Both the position numbers and the translations under genes were made by a program. The notes under the pieces were generated by a model, which worked only from the letters and a program-made list of their open reading frames with translations, was not told where the DNA came from and ran no database searches. 64,000 bases of DNA. Source: a bacterium. Its GTDB lineage: Bacteria > Omnitrophota > Gorgyraeia > Zapsychrales > Zapsychraceae. Of the stretch, positions 1-12,602 are shown piece by piece (the first letter of the stretch is position 1; every line of letters begins with the position of its first letter). Where the stretch lies: positions 194,239 through 258,238 of the forward strand of contig JAUIER010000002.1 of assembly GCA_030429765.1 (NCBI GenBank), in the 5' to 3' direction.

Positions 1-559
1 AAATCCGTAATCGATATTGGCCCGATATGTCTGCAGTGGAAGCTTTCCTTCCAAATAACTTTCCGTCCGGGCCATTTCCACCCCGTTCAGTCGACCTGAA
101 CACTGAATCTTGATCCCCTTGGCGCCTGAATTCATTGACTGGTCAATCGCCCGTTTCATGGCTCGGCGGAACGCGACACGTTTTGTCAATTGGAACGCGA
201 CGTTCTGTGCAACCAATTGAGCCTCGATTGAAGGATTCTTGATCTCACGTGTTTCAATCGTAACTTCTTTTGACGAAATTTTTCCAAGCTGAGTTCTCAA
301 GCGATCTATATCCGCCCCCCGTCGCCCGATGATAACCCCCGGTCGTGCTGTATGGATAATAATCTTGGTCTTGTCTGCCAATCGTTCAATAATGACTCTT
401 GATACGGCTGCTTGGGTAAATTTCTTTTTGATATACTGGCGGATATTGTAGTCTTCGACGACATAATTTTTAAATTCGTTCTTTTCCGCAAACCATAGAC
501 TGCGCCAGTTTTCGATGTAGCCGATTCTTAATACGATTGGATTGACTTTTTGTCCCACT
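1..559 (-). CDS. rpsC: 30S ribosomal protein S3, N-terminal part; the 3' end of the gene lies beyond the left window edge
   Basis: My own translation of the minus strand from a GTG at 559 gives VGQKVNPIVLRIGYIENWRSLWFAEKNEFKNYVVEDY...GRRGADIDRLRTQLGKISSKEVTIETREIKNPS..., a clear match to the S3 KH/N-domain pattern. It sits immediately upstream of rplV in S10-operon order. The track ORF 306..491 is in a different frame. Confidence 0.85.
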
Positions 560-571
560 TAAATTGACTCC

Positions 572-907
572 TTATTTCGTGATCAAATCTAGTTCGATGG
601 TTAAATGTGTCGTCTTCTTCAAAATTCCTGTCGCGCGCCCAAATGCTGCCGCACGAAATCTCTTCCAGGATGGTCCCTGATCCGCCACAATCTTGGAAAT
701 ATACAGCTGATCTTCGCTAAGGCCTTTTTGTTTGGCATTGCTGATCGCCGAGTTGAGGACCTTGGCCACCATTTTTGTTGACCCCTTATTGACGTGTGTC
801 AAAATGGCCAGCGATGGCAATACTTGTTTCCCACGGATGAGGTTAATCACCGGTCTAACTTTGGTGGGGGAAACTCTGAAATATCTACCTTTTGCTTGTG
901 CAATCAT
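572..907 (-). CDS. rplV: 50S ribosomal protein L22
   Basis: This is the C-terminal 111 aa of track ORF 572..1183 (MIAQAKGRYFRVSPTKVRPVINLIRGKQV...), a typical L22. The real start is the ATG at 907; the longer ORF is an upstream run-on. Confidence 0.9.
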   Translation of the reverse strand: MIAQAKGRYFRVSPTKVRPVINLIRGKQVLPSLAILTHVNKGSTKMVAKVLNSAISNAKQKGLSEDQLYISKIVADQGPSWKRFRAAAFGRATGILKKTTHLTIELDLITK

Positions 908-962
908 TTTCGTGATCCTGTATGTTCTGTATATGATTAATCTGCTGAGTATTCGCTTACCT

Positions 963-1250
963 TTACGTCTTCTGGGCCGCTTTCTTGGCTTTGACCCCGC
1001 CGTGTTTACGGAAAGTCCGGGATGGTGAAAAATCACCAAATTTGTATCCCACCATGTTCTCTGTAATGAATACCGGAACATGTTTGCGACCGTCATGAAC
1101 GGAAACGGTGTATCCGACGAAGTCTGGCGTGATGGTGGATCGTCTTGACCATGTCTTGATAGGCTCAACTTTACCCGAATCAATCATGCGCTTGAGTTTC
1201 TTTTCTAGTGACGGCTCAACGTATGGCCCTTTTTTGACTGAACGTCCCAT
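963..1250 (-). CDS. rpsS: 30S ribosomal protein S19
   Basis: The internal start [18 protein letters not shown]...[24 protein letters not shown] is the S19 signature. The track ORF is extended upstream into rplB. Confidence 0.9.
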   Translation of the reverse strand: MGRSVKKGPYVEPSLEKKLKRMIDSGKVEPIKTWSRRSTITPDFVGYTVSVHDGRKHVPVFITENMVGYKFGDFSPSRTFRKHGGVKAKKAAQKT

Positions 1251-1251
1251 A

Positions 1252-2094
1252 TTACTTTTTCGCTCCTCTTCGTCTGACGATATATTTATTCGAATATTTC
1301 TTTTTCTTACGCGTCTTGTATCCCTTAGTCGGCATACCCCATGGTGAAACAGGGTGCGGATTTCCTTGCGGAGCTTTACCTTCTCCACCACCGTGAGGGT
1401 GATCAACAGGATTCATAACAACCCCGCGAGTCCCGCCACGACGTCCCATCCAACGCATACGTCCAGCTTTACCGATTGAGCGGGTCTCATGCTCAACGTT
1501 TCCAATCTGACCAATCGTTGCTCGACAAATCACTGGAATCTTTCGAACTTCACTGGACGGCATGCGAATGAACGCAAAGTCACCTTCCTTGGCCATCACC
1601 TGGGCCGAAGTACCGGCGGATCGGGCAATTTGCCCACCCTTACCGGGTTTGAGTTCAATGTTGTGAACAGCCGTCCCTAATGGAATCTTTCCCAATGGCA
1701 TACAATTACCCGCCTTGAACTCAATCGTATTCTCGATAGTGCTTTGAATCTGGTCACCCACGCGAAGTTCCAGTGGAGCAACAATATATGTTTTCGTCCC
1801 GTCCTCGTACTGCAGCAGGGCAATCCGCGCCGATCGGTTTGGATCATATTCAATTGACAATACGTCCGCCTTCGTATCCAGACGGTCTCTCTTGAAGTCA
1901 ATAATTCGATAAAGTCGTTTATGACCGCCACCTCGGTTACGGCAGGTAATCCGACCGTTCGAGTTTCGACCACCGGTCTTCTTGATGGGCCGCGTCAAAG
2001 ATTTTTCTGGCTTCGACTTGGTGATTTCGGCAAAGTCACTAATTTTGGTATGCCGCAAAGATGGAGTAGTTGGTTTAAATTTTCGTAATCCCAT
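1252..2094 (-). CDS. rplB: 50S ribosomal protein L2
   Basis: 280 aa; [15 protein letters not shown]...[10 protein letters not shown] are L2 motifs. Confidence 0.95.
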   Translation of the reverse strand: MGLRKFKPTTPSLRHTKISDFAEITKSKPEKSLTRPIKKTGGRNSNGRITCRNRGGGHKRLYRIIDFKRDRLDTKADVLSIEYDPNRSARIALLQYEDGTKTYIVAPLELRVGDQIQSTIENTIEFKAGNCMPLGKIPLGTAVHNIELKPGKGGQIARSAGTSAQVMAKEGDFAFIRMPSSEVRKIPVICRATIGQIGNVEHETRSIGKAGRMRWMGRRGGTRGVVMNPVDHPHGGGEGKAPQGNPHPVSPWGMPTKGYKTRKKKKYSNKYIVRRRGAKK

Positions 2095-2096
2095 GA

Positions 2097-2375
2097 TTAT
2101 GTAATCTCTATTTTGCTGCCTTCTTTGAGTTTAACGATCGCTTTTTTCCAAGGAGTGGTACTTCCCTGTTCCTGACGAACGCGCTTGAGTTTTCCCCGAA
2201 CAAAACATGTGTTCACAGAGTCAACCTTGACCTTGTATATCTCTTCAATCGCTTTTTTAATCTCGACCTTGTTGGCCGTTGGAGCGACTTGAAAAACGTA
2301 TTGATTGTACTCCTCTAGCATCGTACCTTTTTCAGTTCGGACCAGAGTTTTGACGACATCGTAAATTGTTTTCAT
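2097..2375 (-). CDS. rplW: 50S ribosomal protein L23
   Basis: 92 aa, positioned between rplD and rplB. Confidence 0.9.
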   Translation of the reverse strand: MKTIYDVVKTLVRTEKGTMLEEYNQYVFQVAPTANKVEIKKAIEEIYKVKVDSVNTCFVRGKLKRVRQEQGSTTPWKKAIVKLKEGSKIEIT

Positions 2376-2387
2376 TGCAAATACCCG

Positions 2388-3032
2388 TTAATTGCTCGCT
2401 ACGGCCGTTGGCATCAATCGATCAATGATCTTTTCGATTCCCGTTTTGGACACGAGCAAATATTTATTTTTAAGAATATCCAGCGCATTAATGTCTTGCG
2501 AACGAACCATGCTGAATGATGGAATATTTTTGGAAACCCGCAGTAGTGTCTCTGATCCACCTTCAAGAACGGCGACGACTTTACCATCGATCTTTAGATT
2601 GCTCAGGATTAATGCAAACTCCTTGGTTTTAGCGAAATCTTCCGTCAAATCCTCGATGCAAAGCAATCGCTGATCCTGTAATTTGGCCTTTAGGCTTTCA
2701 CGCAATGCGCTGCGTCTGATCTTTTTCGGCAATGTGTATCCGAAATCACGAGGATGCGGTCCAAATACAATTCCGCCTCCCTTCCACAAAGGGGATCGTG
2801 AGGATCCGGCTCGTGCCCGACCTGTTCCTTTTTGACGAAAAGGCTTCTTCCCGCCGCCACGTCGGTCTGCACGTTCTTTAGTAGAGGCGTTACCTTGACG
2901 TAGCGAGGCTTGATACATAACAACCGCTTGATGAATCACATCCTGATTAACACGCTCGCCAAATATTTCATCCGGCAGATCGATGCTTGAAGTTTCTTTT
3001 CCTGATTTACTGAGAACCGCTAACTTAGCCAC
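2388..3032 (-). CDS. rplD: 50S ribosomal protein L4
   Basis: 214 aa, L4-like, in S10 operon order. Confidence 0.9.
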   Translation of the reverse strand: MAKLAVLSKSGKETSSIDLPDEIFGERVNQDVIHQAVVMYQASLRQGNASTKERADRRGGGKKPFRQKGTGRARAGSSRSPLWKGGGIVFGPHPRDFGYTLPKKIRRSALRESLKAKLQDQRLLCIEDLTEDFAKTKEFALILSNLKIDGKVVAVLEGGSETLLRVSKNIPSFSMVRSQDINALDILKNKYLLVSKTGIEKIIDRLMPTAVASN

Positions 3033-3034
3033 GA

Positions 3035-3922
3035 TTATTTACCTTTTTTCTTAGCACCCGCTTTAGCTTTACTCTGCTTCATCGGGTTAACTTTATGTTG
3101 AACAACGGCCTTGACTTCGTTAAGATCACGCCATGTCTTTTTACGCGATAGTTTGACGGAAACGATTCCGCTTTTGTGCCCCGGAACGGCTCCTTTGAGC
3201 ATGACGAAATTGTTTTCAAGATCAACATCCATCACACGTAACCCCTGTGTCGTCACTCGCTTATTACCCATTTGACCCGGCATTGTACGCCCTTTGAGCG
3301 TTTTGGATGGATCAGCACTCATACCAATCGATCCAACCCGACGATGATGCATCGAACCGTGACCAGCTGGTCCACCCGACCAACCGTGTCGCTTCATACC
3401 ACCCTGGAATCCCTTCCCAATGGATGTCCCCGACACGTCCACATAGTCACCGGGTTTGAACACCTCGGCTCCAATTGTCTGACCGACTTTGTAAGGATCG
3501 TTTTTGCTTGTACCAAACTCGCGAACAATCTTCATAGGCGCTACTCCGGCCTTCTTGAAGAACCCCATTCGGGCTTTATTTGTTCGCTTTTCTGTTGTTT
3601 CCGCAAAACCAAGTGTAACCTTGCTGGGCTCATCATTCAGTTCAAGTACGGTACATGGACCAACCTCAACGACCGTGATAGGGATAAAGTTTCCATCCTT
3701 GTCAAATATCTGAGTCATTCCCAACTTACGTCCGATTACACCGGAAATCGTATGTTCAATGGGTTCCGCGGGAGCTTCTTCAACTTTATCTTCAGCTTCC
3801 GCCTTTTGTTCCCCGGCAGCTTTATCCGCCGCCTGCTGAACTACTGTTGCTTCCGCGTCTGTATTTGATGACGTGTCTTCGACCGCTTTTTCTTCTGCTT
3901 CTTTTTTATCTTCTTCTGACAT
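3035..3922 (-). CDS. rplC: 50S ribosomal protein L3 with an acidic N-terminal extension of about 75 aa
   Basis: The L3 core starts at ...SGVIGRKLGMTQIFDKDGN. No ATG, GTG or TTG lies just upstream of that core, so the K/E/A-rich N-terminal extension appears to be real. Confidence 0.85.
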   Translation of the reverse strand: MSEEDKKEAEEKAVEDTSSNTDAEATVVQQAADKAAGEQKAEAEDKVEEAPAEPIEHTISGVIGRKLGMTQIFDKDGNFIPITVVEVGPCTVLELNDEPSKVTLGFAETTEKRTNKARMGFFKKAGVAPMKIVREFGTSKNDPYKVGQTIGAEVFKPGDYVDVSGTSIGKGFQGGMKRHGWSGGPAGHGSMHHRRVGSIGMSADPSKTLKGRTMPGQMGNKRVTTQGLRVMDVDLENNFVMLKGAVPGHKSGIVSVKLSRKKTWRDLNEVKAVVQHKVNPMKQSKAKAGAKKKGK

Positions 3923-3966
3923 GAGATTACACTAGTTTTATATGATTGAGTGAGCTTGTTGTCGCA

Positions 3967-4269
3967 CTACTGCTTAATTTCTACATCTACACCCGCCGGC
4001 AAATTCAGCTTTCGTAAGGCTTCGACCGTCTTCGCTGTGGGTTCGAGTAGATCAATTAAACGTTTGTGTGTTGCTAATCCAAATTGCTCACGTGACTTTT
4101 TATCAATAACCGGAGATCTGAGAACCGTATATAGTTCTTTTTTGGTCGGCAACGGGACTGGACCCGATATCTTGGCTCCAGTCCTTATTGCCGTATCTAC
4201 GATTTCCTGAGCTGACTGATCAATCAGCCGATGATCAAAAGCCTTTAATTTTATTCTTATTTTTTGCAT
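3967..4269 (-). CDS. rpsJ: 30S ribosomal protein S10
   Basis: 100 aa; [19 protein letters not shown]... Confidence 0.95.
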   Translation of the reverse strand: MQKIRIKLKAFDHRLIDQSAQEIVDTAIRTGAKISGPVPLPTKKELYTVLRSPVIDKKSREQFGLATHKRLIDLLEPTAKTVEALRKLNLPAGVDVEIKQ

Positions 4270-4294
4270 TATACCTGTCCGTATTCCTTAGTAA

Positions 4295-5488
4295 TTAGGC
4301 GATAACTTCGTGAATAACTCCCGCACCTACTGTTCGACCACCTTCTCGAATTGCAAAACGCAACTCTTTTTCCATCGCGATAGGTACAATCAATTCAACT
4401 TCCATTTCAACGTTATCACCAGGCATAACCATTTCTGTACCTTCTGGCAATTTTGCTGAACCGGTTACGTCCGTGGTTCTGAAGTAGAACTGCGGTCTGT
4501 ATCCGTTGAAGAATGGAGTGTGTCGTCCACCTTCTTCTTTGGTTAGAATGTAAGCTTTCGCTTTGAATTTAGTGTGAGGTGTAATTGAACCTTTGGCAGC
4601 AAGAACTTGCCCTCGCTCGATCGACTCTTTGTCGACCCCACGAAGCAGTAGACCAACGTTGTCACCTGCATGACCTTCATCCAATTCCTTACGGAACATT
4701 TCAACACCTGTAACAACAGTTTGTGAAATTTCCTTTTTCATCCCAACGATGTCAACTTCTTCACCGACCTTAACTTTTCCTCGTTCGATACGTCCAGTGG
4801 CTACCGTACCTCGACCAGAGATTGAGAATACGTCCTCAACAGCCATCAAGAACGGCTTATCCAATTCACGTGGTGGCTCTGGGATGAACGCATCAACGCC
4901 AGCCATAAGGTCTAGAATTGGTTTGATTTTCGCTTCGTCATCTGGATTTTCCAAGGCTTGCAATGCGCTTCCACGGATGATTGGTGTGTTGTCGCCATCA
5001 TAGTCATATTTTGAAAGAAGCTCACGCAATTCAAGTTCAACCAGATCCAAAAGCTCTTCATCTTCAACTTGATCACATTTGTTCATGAAAACGACGATTG
5101 AAGGAACGTTTACCTGACGAGCCAATAGGATGTGCTCTTTTGTCTGAGGCATCGCACCATCAGCCGCTGATACACATAGAATAGCTCCATCCATCTGGGC
5201 CGCTCCGGTGATCATGTTCTTGATGTAGTCCGCGTGACCAGGACAGTCAATGTGAGCATAGTGACGGTTGTCTGTTTCGTACTCAAGGTGAGCAATGTTG
5301 ATTGTTACCCCACGCTCTTTTTCTTCCGGAGCATTATCAATCGCATCATAAGCTTTCGCCTCTGCTTTACCAGTTTTTGCCAAGATCGTAGTAATGGCGG
5401 CACTTAAAGTTGTCTTACCATGGTCAACGTGACCGATAGTTCCGATGTTTAAGTGAGGTTTAGTTCTTACGAATTTTTCTTTAGCCAT
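4295..5488 (-). CDS. tuf: elongation factor Tu
   Basis: 397 aa; [17 protein letters not shown] and NKCD motifs. A GGAGG Shine-Dalgarno site lies 9 nt upstream. Confidence 0.97.
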   Translation of the reverse strand: MAKEKFVRTKPHLNIGTIGHVDHGKTTLSAAITTILAKTGKAEAKAYDAIDNAPEEKERGVTINIAHLEYETDNRHYAHIDCPGHADYIKNMITGAAQMDGAILCVSAADGAMPQTKEHILLARQVNVPSIVVFMNKCDQVEDEELLDLVELELRELLSKYDYDGDNTPIIRGSALQALENPDDEAKIKPILDLMAGVDAFIPEPPRELDKPFLMAVEDVFSISGRGTVATGRIERGKVKVGEEVDIVGMKKEISQTVVTGVEMFRKELDEGHAGDNVGLLLRGVDKESIERGQVLAAKGSITPHTKFKAKAYILTKEEGGRHTPFFNGYRPQFYFRTTDVTGSAKLPEGTEMVMPGDNVEMEVELIVPIAMEKELRFAIREGGRTVGAGVIHEVIA

Positions 5489-5532
5489 TTTCTTTGCTCC
5501 TCCGATAAATATAAATTATAAATTTTATGCTA

Positions 5533-7635
5533 CTACTTTTCAGACTTCTTTTCTTCGCGAGCACCGACAATTTTATCTGCCACATGCTGCGGGACTATAT
5601 CATAATAGGCCGGCTCCATGCTGAATGAAGCTCGCCCCTGAGAAAGTGAACGTATTGCGTTAACGTAGTTGAACATCTCGGCCAACGGAACATTACAACG
5701 GGTTGTTTTTAGATTGGCCCGCATGCCGGTCTCAACAATGATCGCACGACGGGTGTTAATGTCACCCATAACCGCGCTGTAGAATTCATCCGGCGACTCA
5801 AGCTCTACATTCATGATCGGCTCAAGCAGTACAGATTTACCCTTTTTAAGACCTTCCTTTAAAGCCGCCTTTGCCGCCAACTGGAACGCCAACTCGCTGG
5901 AGTCAACATCATGGTAGGAACCGTCATATAGGGTAACTTTGAAATCCGTTACTGGATATCCGGCAATAACACCGCTCAATGCTCCGTCCCGAATCCCTTT
6001 TTCAACTGGTTTGATAAATTCACGAGGAATGGCCCCACCTTTGATTTCATTGACGAAGATAATTCCGTCACCTTTTTTCTCGGTAGGCTCAATGTTGATC
6101 ACAACGTGACCGTACTGCCCTCGACCACCTGTCTGTGTGATGTGTTTTCCAACGATATTTTCAGCTTTTTGCGTCAACGTTTCCTTGTAAGCAACTTCAG
6201 GTTTACCAACAGTAACTTCCAGGTTAAACTCTCTGCGCATACGGTCGACGATGATTTCAAGGTGAAGCTCGCCCATCCCTGAGATGATCGTTTGAGCGGT
6301 CTCTTGATCATAGTCCACACGTAAAGAAGGGTCTTCGTCTAGAAACTTCTTCAACGTAAGACCCATTTTATCTGAATCAGCTTTGGTTTTAGGCTCGATG
6401 GACATCGAGACGACTGGCTCAGGAATTTTCATATTTTCGAGTAGCACTTTATTGTTTGGATCACATAAAGTGTTACCGGATTTCGTATCCTTCAAACCAA
6501 CCACGGCAACAATTTCACCGGCTTCGGCCTTCTGGACGATTTCCTGTTTATTGGAATGCATGACAACAATTTTGGAGATTCTTTCTTTCTTTTGCTCAGA
6601 CGAATTGAAGACTTGAGAACCCGACTCGAGTACGCCTGAGTATACGCGCGTATAGAACAACTTTCCGACGTACGGATCAGTCGCGACTTTGAAGACCAAC
6701 GCGCTAAGCGGCTCTTTTGGATCCGCGTGACGGTCAACCACCTCTTCCGGATCTGTCCCCGGAACAATTCCCTTAACCGGCGGAACATCCAGTGGACTTG
6801 GCAGGTATTCAGTAACCGCATCCAGCACCAATTGAACCCCTTTGTTTCTTAACGCGGTACCCGTAAGTACCGGAAGGAATTTATTCGCGATAACAGCTCG
6901 CCGGATCGCTGTCTTGAGCTCTTCAACGGAGATTTCCTGATCTTCCAGAAACTTTTCCGCAATTTCATCATCCGCATCTGCCAAGCGCTCGATCATCACT
7001 TTACGCGCTGCCTCAACCTTGTCTTTCCACTCGTCTGGAACGTCCCGCTCTTCAATACCACTACCATCGTCTGTTGTGTAGACATAATACTTTCGCTCGA
7101 TCAAATCAAAAAGACCTGAGAAAACATCTTCCGTACCATCCGGTAATTGTAACGGTGCAGCATTTGCCCCAAGACGCTCACGGATTTGCTCCAACACGCG
7201 ATCAAAACTCGCTCCCAGTCGGTCCAGCTTGTTGATAAACGCGATTCGAGGAACTCCATAGCGATCAGCCTGTCGCCAGACGGTTTCAGTCTGCGACTGC
7301 ACCCCACTGGTCGCACATAGCACAACGACAGCTCCGTCCAGAACCTTCAAGGAACGCTCAACCTCGATCGTGAAATCAACGTGACCTGGTGTGTCAATGA
7401 TGTTAAGCTTCTTGCCTTTCCAGAACGTAGTCGTATTCGCCGAGGTGATAGTAATACCGCGCTCTTGCTCCTGTTCCATCCAGTCCATCGTTGCGTTACC
7501 TTCGTCGACGGTACCAAGCTTATGGATTACACCTGTATAGTACAGAATTCGCTCTGACGTCGTCGTTTTTCCGGCGTCGATGTGCGCAATAATACCAAAG
7601 TTTCTATAATCCTCTAAGGGAGTTTTGTCAGCCAT
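5533..7635 (-). CDS. fusA: elongation factor G
   Basis: 700 aa; AHIDAGKTT and DTPGHVDF motifs. Confidence 0.97.
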   Translation of the reverse strand: MADKTPLEDYRNFGIIAHIDAGKTTTSERILYYTGVIHKLGTVDEGNATMDWMEQEQERGITITSANTTTFWKGKKLNIIDTPGHVDFTIEVERSLKVLDGAVVVLCATSGVQSQTETVWRQADRYGVPRIAFINKLDRLGASFDRVLEQIRERLGANAAPLQLPDGTEDVFSGLFDLIERKYYVYTTDDGSGIEERDVPDEWKDKVEAARKVMIERLADADDEIAEKFLEDQEISVEELKTAIRRAVIANKFLPVLTGTALRNKGVQLVLDAVTEYLPSPLDVPPVKGIVPGTDPEEVVDRHADPKEPLSALVFKVATDPYVGKLFYTRVYSGVLESGSQVFNSSEQKKERISKIVVMHSNKQEIVQKAEAGEIVAVVGLKDTKSGNTLCDPNNKVLLENMKIPEPVVSMSIEPKTKADSDKMGLTLKKFLDEDPSLRVDYDQETAQTIISGMGELHLEIIVDRMRREFNLEVTVGKPEVAYKETLTQKAENIVGKHITQTGGRGQYGHVVINIEPTEKKGDGIIFVNEIKGGAIPREFIKPVEKGIRDGALSGVIAGYPVTDFKVTLYDGSYHDVDSSELAFQLAAKAALKEGLKKGKSVLLEPIMNVELESPDEFYSAVMGDINTRRAIIVETGMRANLKTTRCNVPLAEMFNYVNAIRSLSQGRASFSMEPAYYDIVPQHVADKIVGAREEKKSEK

Positions 7636-7683
7636 TTTCTTCCTCTATATTTGAATCGAACGTGAGTTCAATTTTTTATTTGA

Positions 7684-8154
7684 TTACCACCGTAGATGGG
7701 CAAACGCTTTGTTTGACTCTGCCATCTTATGTGTGTCGTCACGTTTCTTGACCGCAGCTCCTTCGCCTTTGTAGGCGGCTAGTAGCTCATCAGCCAATTT
7801 AACTTTCATAGGACGACCTTTTTTCTTCTTAGCAAAGTCGCGAATCCATCTAAATGCCAAGGCATTGGCACGATTGGTTGGGACTTCAATCGGTACCTGG
7901 TACGTTGCCCCACCGACTCGTCGTGATTTAACCTCGAGTCGAGGACGTACGTTATCAATAGCCCGATTGAATACTTTGAGCGGATCATTTTCCTGAGTCT
8001 TTTGCTCCAGAATTTCGAACGCTCCGTAAACGATACTTTCCGCCGTTGTCTTTTTTCCCGAAAGCATCAGTGAGTTGATGAATTTGGCCACCAAACGACT
8101 GTTGTACTTCGGGTCGGCGAGTATCTCTCTTTTTTCTGCAGTACGTCTTCTCAT
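7684..8154 (-). CDS. rpsG: 30S ribosomal protein S7
   Basis: 156 aa, S7-like. Its start ATG overlaps the rpsL stop (TAATG). Confidence 0.95.
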   Translation of the reverse strand: MRRRTAEKREILADPKYNSRLVAKFINSLMLSGKKTTAESIVYGAFEILEQKTQENDPLKVFNRAIDNVRPRLEVKSRRVGGATYQVPIEVPTNRANALAFRWIRDFAKKKKGRPMKVKLADELLAAYKGEGAAVKKRDDTHKMAESNKAFAHLRW

Positions 8155-8531
8155 TATCCTTGTTTTTCCTTTTTAGCTCCATATTTCGAACGAGACTTCT
8201 GCCGCTTTGCAACGCCGGCTGTATCCAGCGTTCCTCGCACGATATGGTATCGAACACCCGGCAAATCTTTAACCCGACCGCCTCTCACCAGAACGATGGA
8301 GTGTTCCTGCAAGTTGTGTCCTTCGCCCATGATGTAAGACGTGACTTCAAACTTGTTTGAAAGTCGAACCCTTGCAACTTTTCGCAACGCCGAGTTAGGC
8401 TTCTTCGGCGTCATTGTTTTTACCTGTAAACATACTCCACGTCGAAATGGACAATTTGCGAGAGCTGGAGATTTACTCTTGCTCTTCTTCGTCTTTCGGC
8501 GCTTCCTGATCAACTGTTGTATCGTCGGCAT
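8154..8531 (-). CDS. rpsL: 30S ribosomal protein S12
   Basis: [10 protein letters not shown]...[11 protein letters not shown]...[13 protein letters not shown]. Its 5' end overlaps the rpoC 3' end by 59 nt. Confidence 0.93.
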   Translation of the reverse strand: MPTIQQLIRKRRKTKKSKSKSPALANCPFRRGVCLQVKTMTPKKPNSALRKVARVRLSNKFEVTSYIMGEGHNLQEHSIVLVRGGRVKDLPGVRYHIVRGTLDTAGVAKRQKSRSKYGAKKEKQG

Positions 8532-11500
8532 ATTTCACCACTTCTATTTCGTTGTATTCTTTTAGTCCGGTCCCTGCCGGTATTAAATGACCTACTATTA
8601 CGTTCTCTTTAAGTCCACATAAAAGGTCGAGTTTACCAGAAGAGGCGGCCTCTGTCAAGACCCTTGTCGTCTCCTGAAAACTTGCCGCAGAAATGAAACT
8701 ATCTGTGGTTAAAGACACTTTCGTAATTCCCAGCAACAGCGGGGTCGCCTGAGCCGGTTTGCCTTTTTTGGCAAGAACCCTGGCATTTTCCTTCTTGAAG
8801 GTGTTCCGATCAATCTGCTCTCCGATCAAGAAAGTGGTATCTCCGGAATCCTCAATTTTAACCTTTTTCAGCATCTGTGCGATAATCAACTCAATGTGCT
8901 TATCGTTGATGCGCACCCCTTGAAGACGGTAAACTTCCTGAACTTCGTTCAGTAAATATTCCTGTAGAACTTTGTCCCCGCAAACTCGTAAGATATCGTG
9001 CGGAACAACCGGACCATCCGTCAGTTGCTGACCGGCGAAAACGCGATCCCCACGATAAACGTTAGGGTGCTTTCCGTGAGGGATGGTGTATTCGGCCGCC
9101 ATCCCCGTCGAGCTTTTGATCAAAATAGTACGTCGTCCTTTCTTGTCTTCACCAAATTCGACAACCCCATCGATCTCGCTGATAACAGCCGGATCTTTGG
9201 GCTTACGAGCTTCAAACAACTCCGCAACTCGAGGCAGACCACCGGTGATGTCACGAGTTTTTCCAAGTCCACGTGGAATCTTAGCAATTAAGTCACCCGC
9301 ATTGATCACTTGCTTATCCTGCACAAGAATGTGGGCGCCGATCGGGATTGAATAGATCCCGACGACTTCCTTTTTCTCGTCGGTGATAATAATTTGCGGA
9401 TGATATTCTTGCTTGTGCTCAACAACGACACGCTCGGTAACACCTGTTACAGGGTTTTGCTCTTCTTGCACTGTGACTTCGTTGATAATGTCCTCAGAGT
9501 TGACGGTACCTTTTACCTCGGTAATGATCGGAATCGTGTACGGATCCCATGTAACGAACACAGCCTCTTCCTTTACCGAAGCACCGTCGGCAAACTTGAT
9601 AATCGCCCCTTGAGGTAATTGGTAGCGTTCAAATTCGCGCCCGAATTCATTGTTGATACTAATCGACCCGTTCCGGTTAAGAACAATAAATTCGCTACCC
9701 TTCTCGACGACACGAAGCTGGTGATACTTAACCGTCCCCGCATTCTTGGCCTTGTAGAAAGACTGCTCAATAGATCGTGACGCCGTTCCACCGATGTGGA
9801 ACGTACGCATAGTCAACTGAGTTCCAGGCTCACCGATACTCTGTGCAGCAATAGTTCCTACGGCCTCACCGATCTCAACTAGGCGTTGAGTCGCCAAGTT
9901 ACGACCGTAGCATTTGACACACACTCCGCGATCGGCTTCGCATGTTAACGCGCTTCGAATCCGAACTTTTTCGATACCTAAGTGTTCAATAAGCTCTGCC
10001 CGTTCCTCGGTAATAACCTCACCCGACTCAACCACTTTTTGGTCAGTGACGACGTCGACGATACTATCCAGAGCTACCCGGCCCGTAATCCGCTCTTTAA
10101 GGCTAACCACGAGCTCATCACCTTCGACGATTGCCGCTACCGTGATTCCATTGAGCGTTCCGCAGTCGTGTTCCGTGACAACCATTTCCTGCGCCACGTC
10201 GACAAGACGACGAGTCAGATAACCGGCATCAGCTGTCTTCAGTGCCGTGTCAGCCAGACCTTTTCGCGCCCCGTGGGTAGAGATGAAGTACTCTAGTACG
10301 GTGAGACCTTCACGGAAACTAGCCGTAATCGGATTTTCAATAATCTCACCCGACGGCTTGGCCATCAATCCGCGCATACCCGACAGCTGTCGAATCTGCA
10401 ACCGCGAACCTCGCGCCCCAGAATCAGCCATAATGAAAACCGGGTTAAAGTGATCCATCTGGTCAAATACCAAATCAGATAGCGCCTCGGTTGTGTGGGT
10501 CCAGACGTCGATGATTTTGTTGTACCGCTCACGTCCCGTGATGATCCCTTTACGATACTGATCTTCGACCTTATTAACCTCTTGGCGAGAATTTTTGAGG
10601 ATACCCTCTTTTTGCTTTGGAATCGTCATATCCGCGATGGCAATAGATATACCCGCCAACGTTGCATTATTAAAACCAAGATCTTTGAGGTTATCCAGCA
10701 ATTCGATGGTGGCTTTCTGTCCAAAATTTTTGTAACAGCTAGAGATGACCGCCCCGATTTTCTTCTTGTCGAGCAATTCGTTTACGAAGCCCATTTCTTC
10801 AGGAAGAATTTCGTTCATCAAAACTCGCCCGACGGTGGTCTCGATGATAGGTGTTTTATTCTCATCCTTAAGTTCACGGACTTTTTCCTGATCATCCTGA
10901 AGCGCCTCTTCCTGCGAAATAACCAGGGATGGCTTTTCTTCACCCCAAACAGGCTTGTGCAATTTAAGCTTAATACGCTCATGCAACTTCAGCATTCCAT
11001 CGTTGTATGCGATGATGACTTCCTGCGGACCTGAAAAAATCTTGTCACGATCAGTTGGGTTTGGCTCTTCCTTAGTTGCATAGTACAATCCCAAAACCAC
11101 ATCCTGAGACGGAGACACAACTGGTCGCCCATCAGCCGGTGAAAACAAGTTATTGATGGAAAGCAGCTCGAGTCGGCATTCCATTTGAGCTTCAAGACTC
11201 AATGGAACGTGTACGGCCATCTGGTCTCCATCGAAGTCAGCGTTAAAAGCGGCACAGACCAATGGATGAAGTTTGATCGCTTTTCCTTCGACCAAAGTAG
11301 GATAAAACGCCTGCACACTCAAACGGTGAAGTGTCGGCGCTCGGTTCAACATGATCGGGTGATCTTGAATAACCTCGTCGAGGATATCCCAAACTTCAGC
11401 CTTGGCGCGCTCGACCATTCTCTTGGCGCCTTTGATTGTGTGAACAAATCCCTTTTCGCGTAATTTCCGGATGATAAACGGCTCGAAGAGTTCGAGCGCC

Positions 11501-12600
11501 ATCTTCTTGGGCAGTCCGCACTGATGCAATTTTAGATTAGGCCCGACAACGATAACTGATCGACCGGAATAATCAACACGCTTCCCAAGCAGGTTCATAC
11601 GGAAACGCCCCTGCTTTCCTTTCAGCATGTCTGAAAGCGACTTGAGCGGACGGTTTCCTGAGCCCAACACTGGACGTCCATGCCGACCATTGTCTAACAA
11701 CGCATCAACCGCCTCTTGAAGCATTCGCTTTTCGTTACGGCAAATAATCTCCGGTGCATTCAAGTCAATCAATTTCTTGAGTCGATTGTTACGGTTGATT
11801 ACCCGACGATATAAATCATTCAAATCAGATGTCGCAAAGCGGCCACCTTCCAGTGGAACCAATGGACGAAGATCCGGAGGAATCACTGGCAATACATCAA
11901 GCACCATCCACTCCGCTTCATTGTTTGAGCTATTGAAATCCTCAACAATCTTAAGCGTCTTGGCAATTTTCTTAGCATTCGTACCTGTCGGGTTCGCTTT
12001 TTCCAAATCTTTGCGCAATTTGACACAAAGTTCATCTAGATTAATATCCTTGAGCAATTCACGGACAGCCTCGGCTCCAATTTTTGCTTTGAACGCGCCG
12101 CCGTACTTGACAAGCGCATCCTGATATTCATCTTCAGATAAAAACTGTTTTTGTTTGAGTGGAGTTTCACCCGGGTCGATCACGATATATTCTTCGTAAT
12201 AGATCAACTTCTCGAGATCCCTCAGTCCAATTTGCAGTAGAGCCGCCAAACGACTTGGTACGGCTTTATAGAACCAAATATGAGTTACCGGGCAGGCGAG
12301 ATCAATATGCCCCATCCATTCTCGACGGACGGCGGATCGTGTAACCATAACCCCACATCGGTCACAGACGATTCCTTTAAACTTGATACCTTTGTACTTT
12401 CCGCAAGCACACTCCCAGTCCCGGACGGGTCCAAAAATCTTTTCACAAAACAAACCATCCTTCTCAGGCTTCAAAGTCCGATAGTTCAGCGTCTCTGCCT
12501 TCTTGACAACACCTCGTGACCATGATCGCATTACTTCTGCAGAAGCGATTTGAATCGTGATGTGATCTCTTTCTACAGTCTCTTCGGATTTCTTAGTCAT
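8473..12600 (-). CDS. rpoC: DNA-directed RNA polymerase subunit beta'
   Basis: 1375 aa; NADFDGDQM catalytic motif; acidic C-terminal tail. Confidence 0.97.
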   Translation of the reverse strand: MTKKSEETVERDHITIQIASAEVMRSWSRGVVKKAETLNYRTLKPEKDGLFCEKIFGPVRDWECACGKYKGIKFKGIVCDRCGVMVTRSAVRREWMGHIDLACPVTHIWFYKAVPSRLAALLQIGLRDLEKLIYYEEYIVIDPGETPLKQKQFLSEDEYQDALVKYGGAFKAKIGAEAVRELLKDINLDELCVKLRKDLEKANPTGTNAKKIAKTLKIVEDFNSSNNEAEWMVLDVLPVIPPDLRPLVPLEGGRFATSDLNDLYRRVINRNNRLKKLIDLNAPEIICRNEKRMLQEAVDALLDNGRHGRPVLGSGNRPLKSLSDMLKGKQGRFRMNLLGKRVDYSGRSVIVVGPNLKLHQCGLPKKMALELFEPFIIRKLREKGFVHTIKGAKRMVERAKAEVWDILDEVIQDHPIMLNRAPTLHRLSVQAFYPTLVEGKAIKLHPLVCAAFNADFDGDQMAVHVPLSLEAQMECRLELLSINNLFSPADGRPVVSPSQDVVLGLYYATKEEPNPTDRDKIFSGPQEVIIAYNDGMLKLHERIKLKLHKPVWGEEKPSLVISQEEALQDDQEKVRELKDENKTPIIETTVGRVLMNEILPEEMGFVNELLDKKKIGAVISSCYKNFGQKATIELLDNLKDLGFNNATLAGISIAIADMTIPKQKEGILKNSRQEVNKVEDQYRKGIITGRERYNKIIDVWTHTTEALSDLVFDQMDHFNPVFIMADSGARGSRLQIRQLSGMRGLMAKPSGEIIENPITASFREGLTVLEYFISTHGARKGLADTALKTADAGYLTRRLVDVAQEMVVTEHDCGTLNGITVAAIVEGDELVVSLKERITGRVALDSIVDVVTDQKVVESGEVITEERAELIEHLGIEKVRIRSALTCEADRGVCVKCYGRNLATQRLVEIGEAVGTIAAQSIGEPGTQLTMRTFHIGGTASRSIEQSFYKAKNAGTVKYHQLRVVEKGSEFIVLNRNGSISINNEFGREFERYQLPQGAIIKFADGASVKEEAVFVTWDPYTIPIITEVKGTVNSEDIINEVTVQEEQNPVTGVTERVVVEHKQEYHPQIIITDEKKEVVGIYSIPIGAHILVQDKQVINAGDLIAKIPRGLGKTRDITGGLPRVAELFEARKPKDPAVISEIDGVVEFGEDKKGRRTILIKSSTGMAAEYTIPHGKHPNVYRGDRVFAGQQLTDGPVVPHDILRVCGDKVLQEYLLNEVQEVYRLQGVRINDKHIELIIAQMLKKVKIEDSGDTTFLIGEQIDRNTFKKENARVLAKKGKPAQATPLLLGITKVSLTTDSFISAASFQETTRVLTEAASSGKLDLLCGLKENVIVGHLIPAGTGLKEYNEIEVVKYADDTTVDQEAPKDEEEQE

Positions 12601-12602
12601 AT

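Noticed and set aside
306-491. Track ORF (61 aa) at the left edge
   Set aside because: It is in the wrong frame. The overlapping frame that starts at the GTG at 559 encodes a clean S3 N-terminus.
10495-11034. 179-aa plus-strand ORF inside rpoC. Similar long plus-strand ORFs occur at 3272-3868, 35077-35628, 43604-44221, 46682-47350, 49556-50092, 52719-53600 and 56573-57295.
   Set aside because: All are antisense to strongly conserved minus-strand genes. They are low-complexity and lack Shine-Dalgarno sites, so they are shadow ORFs.
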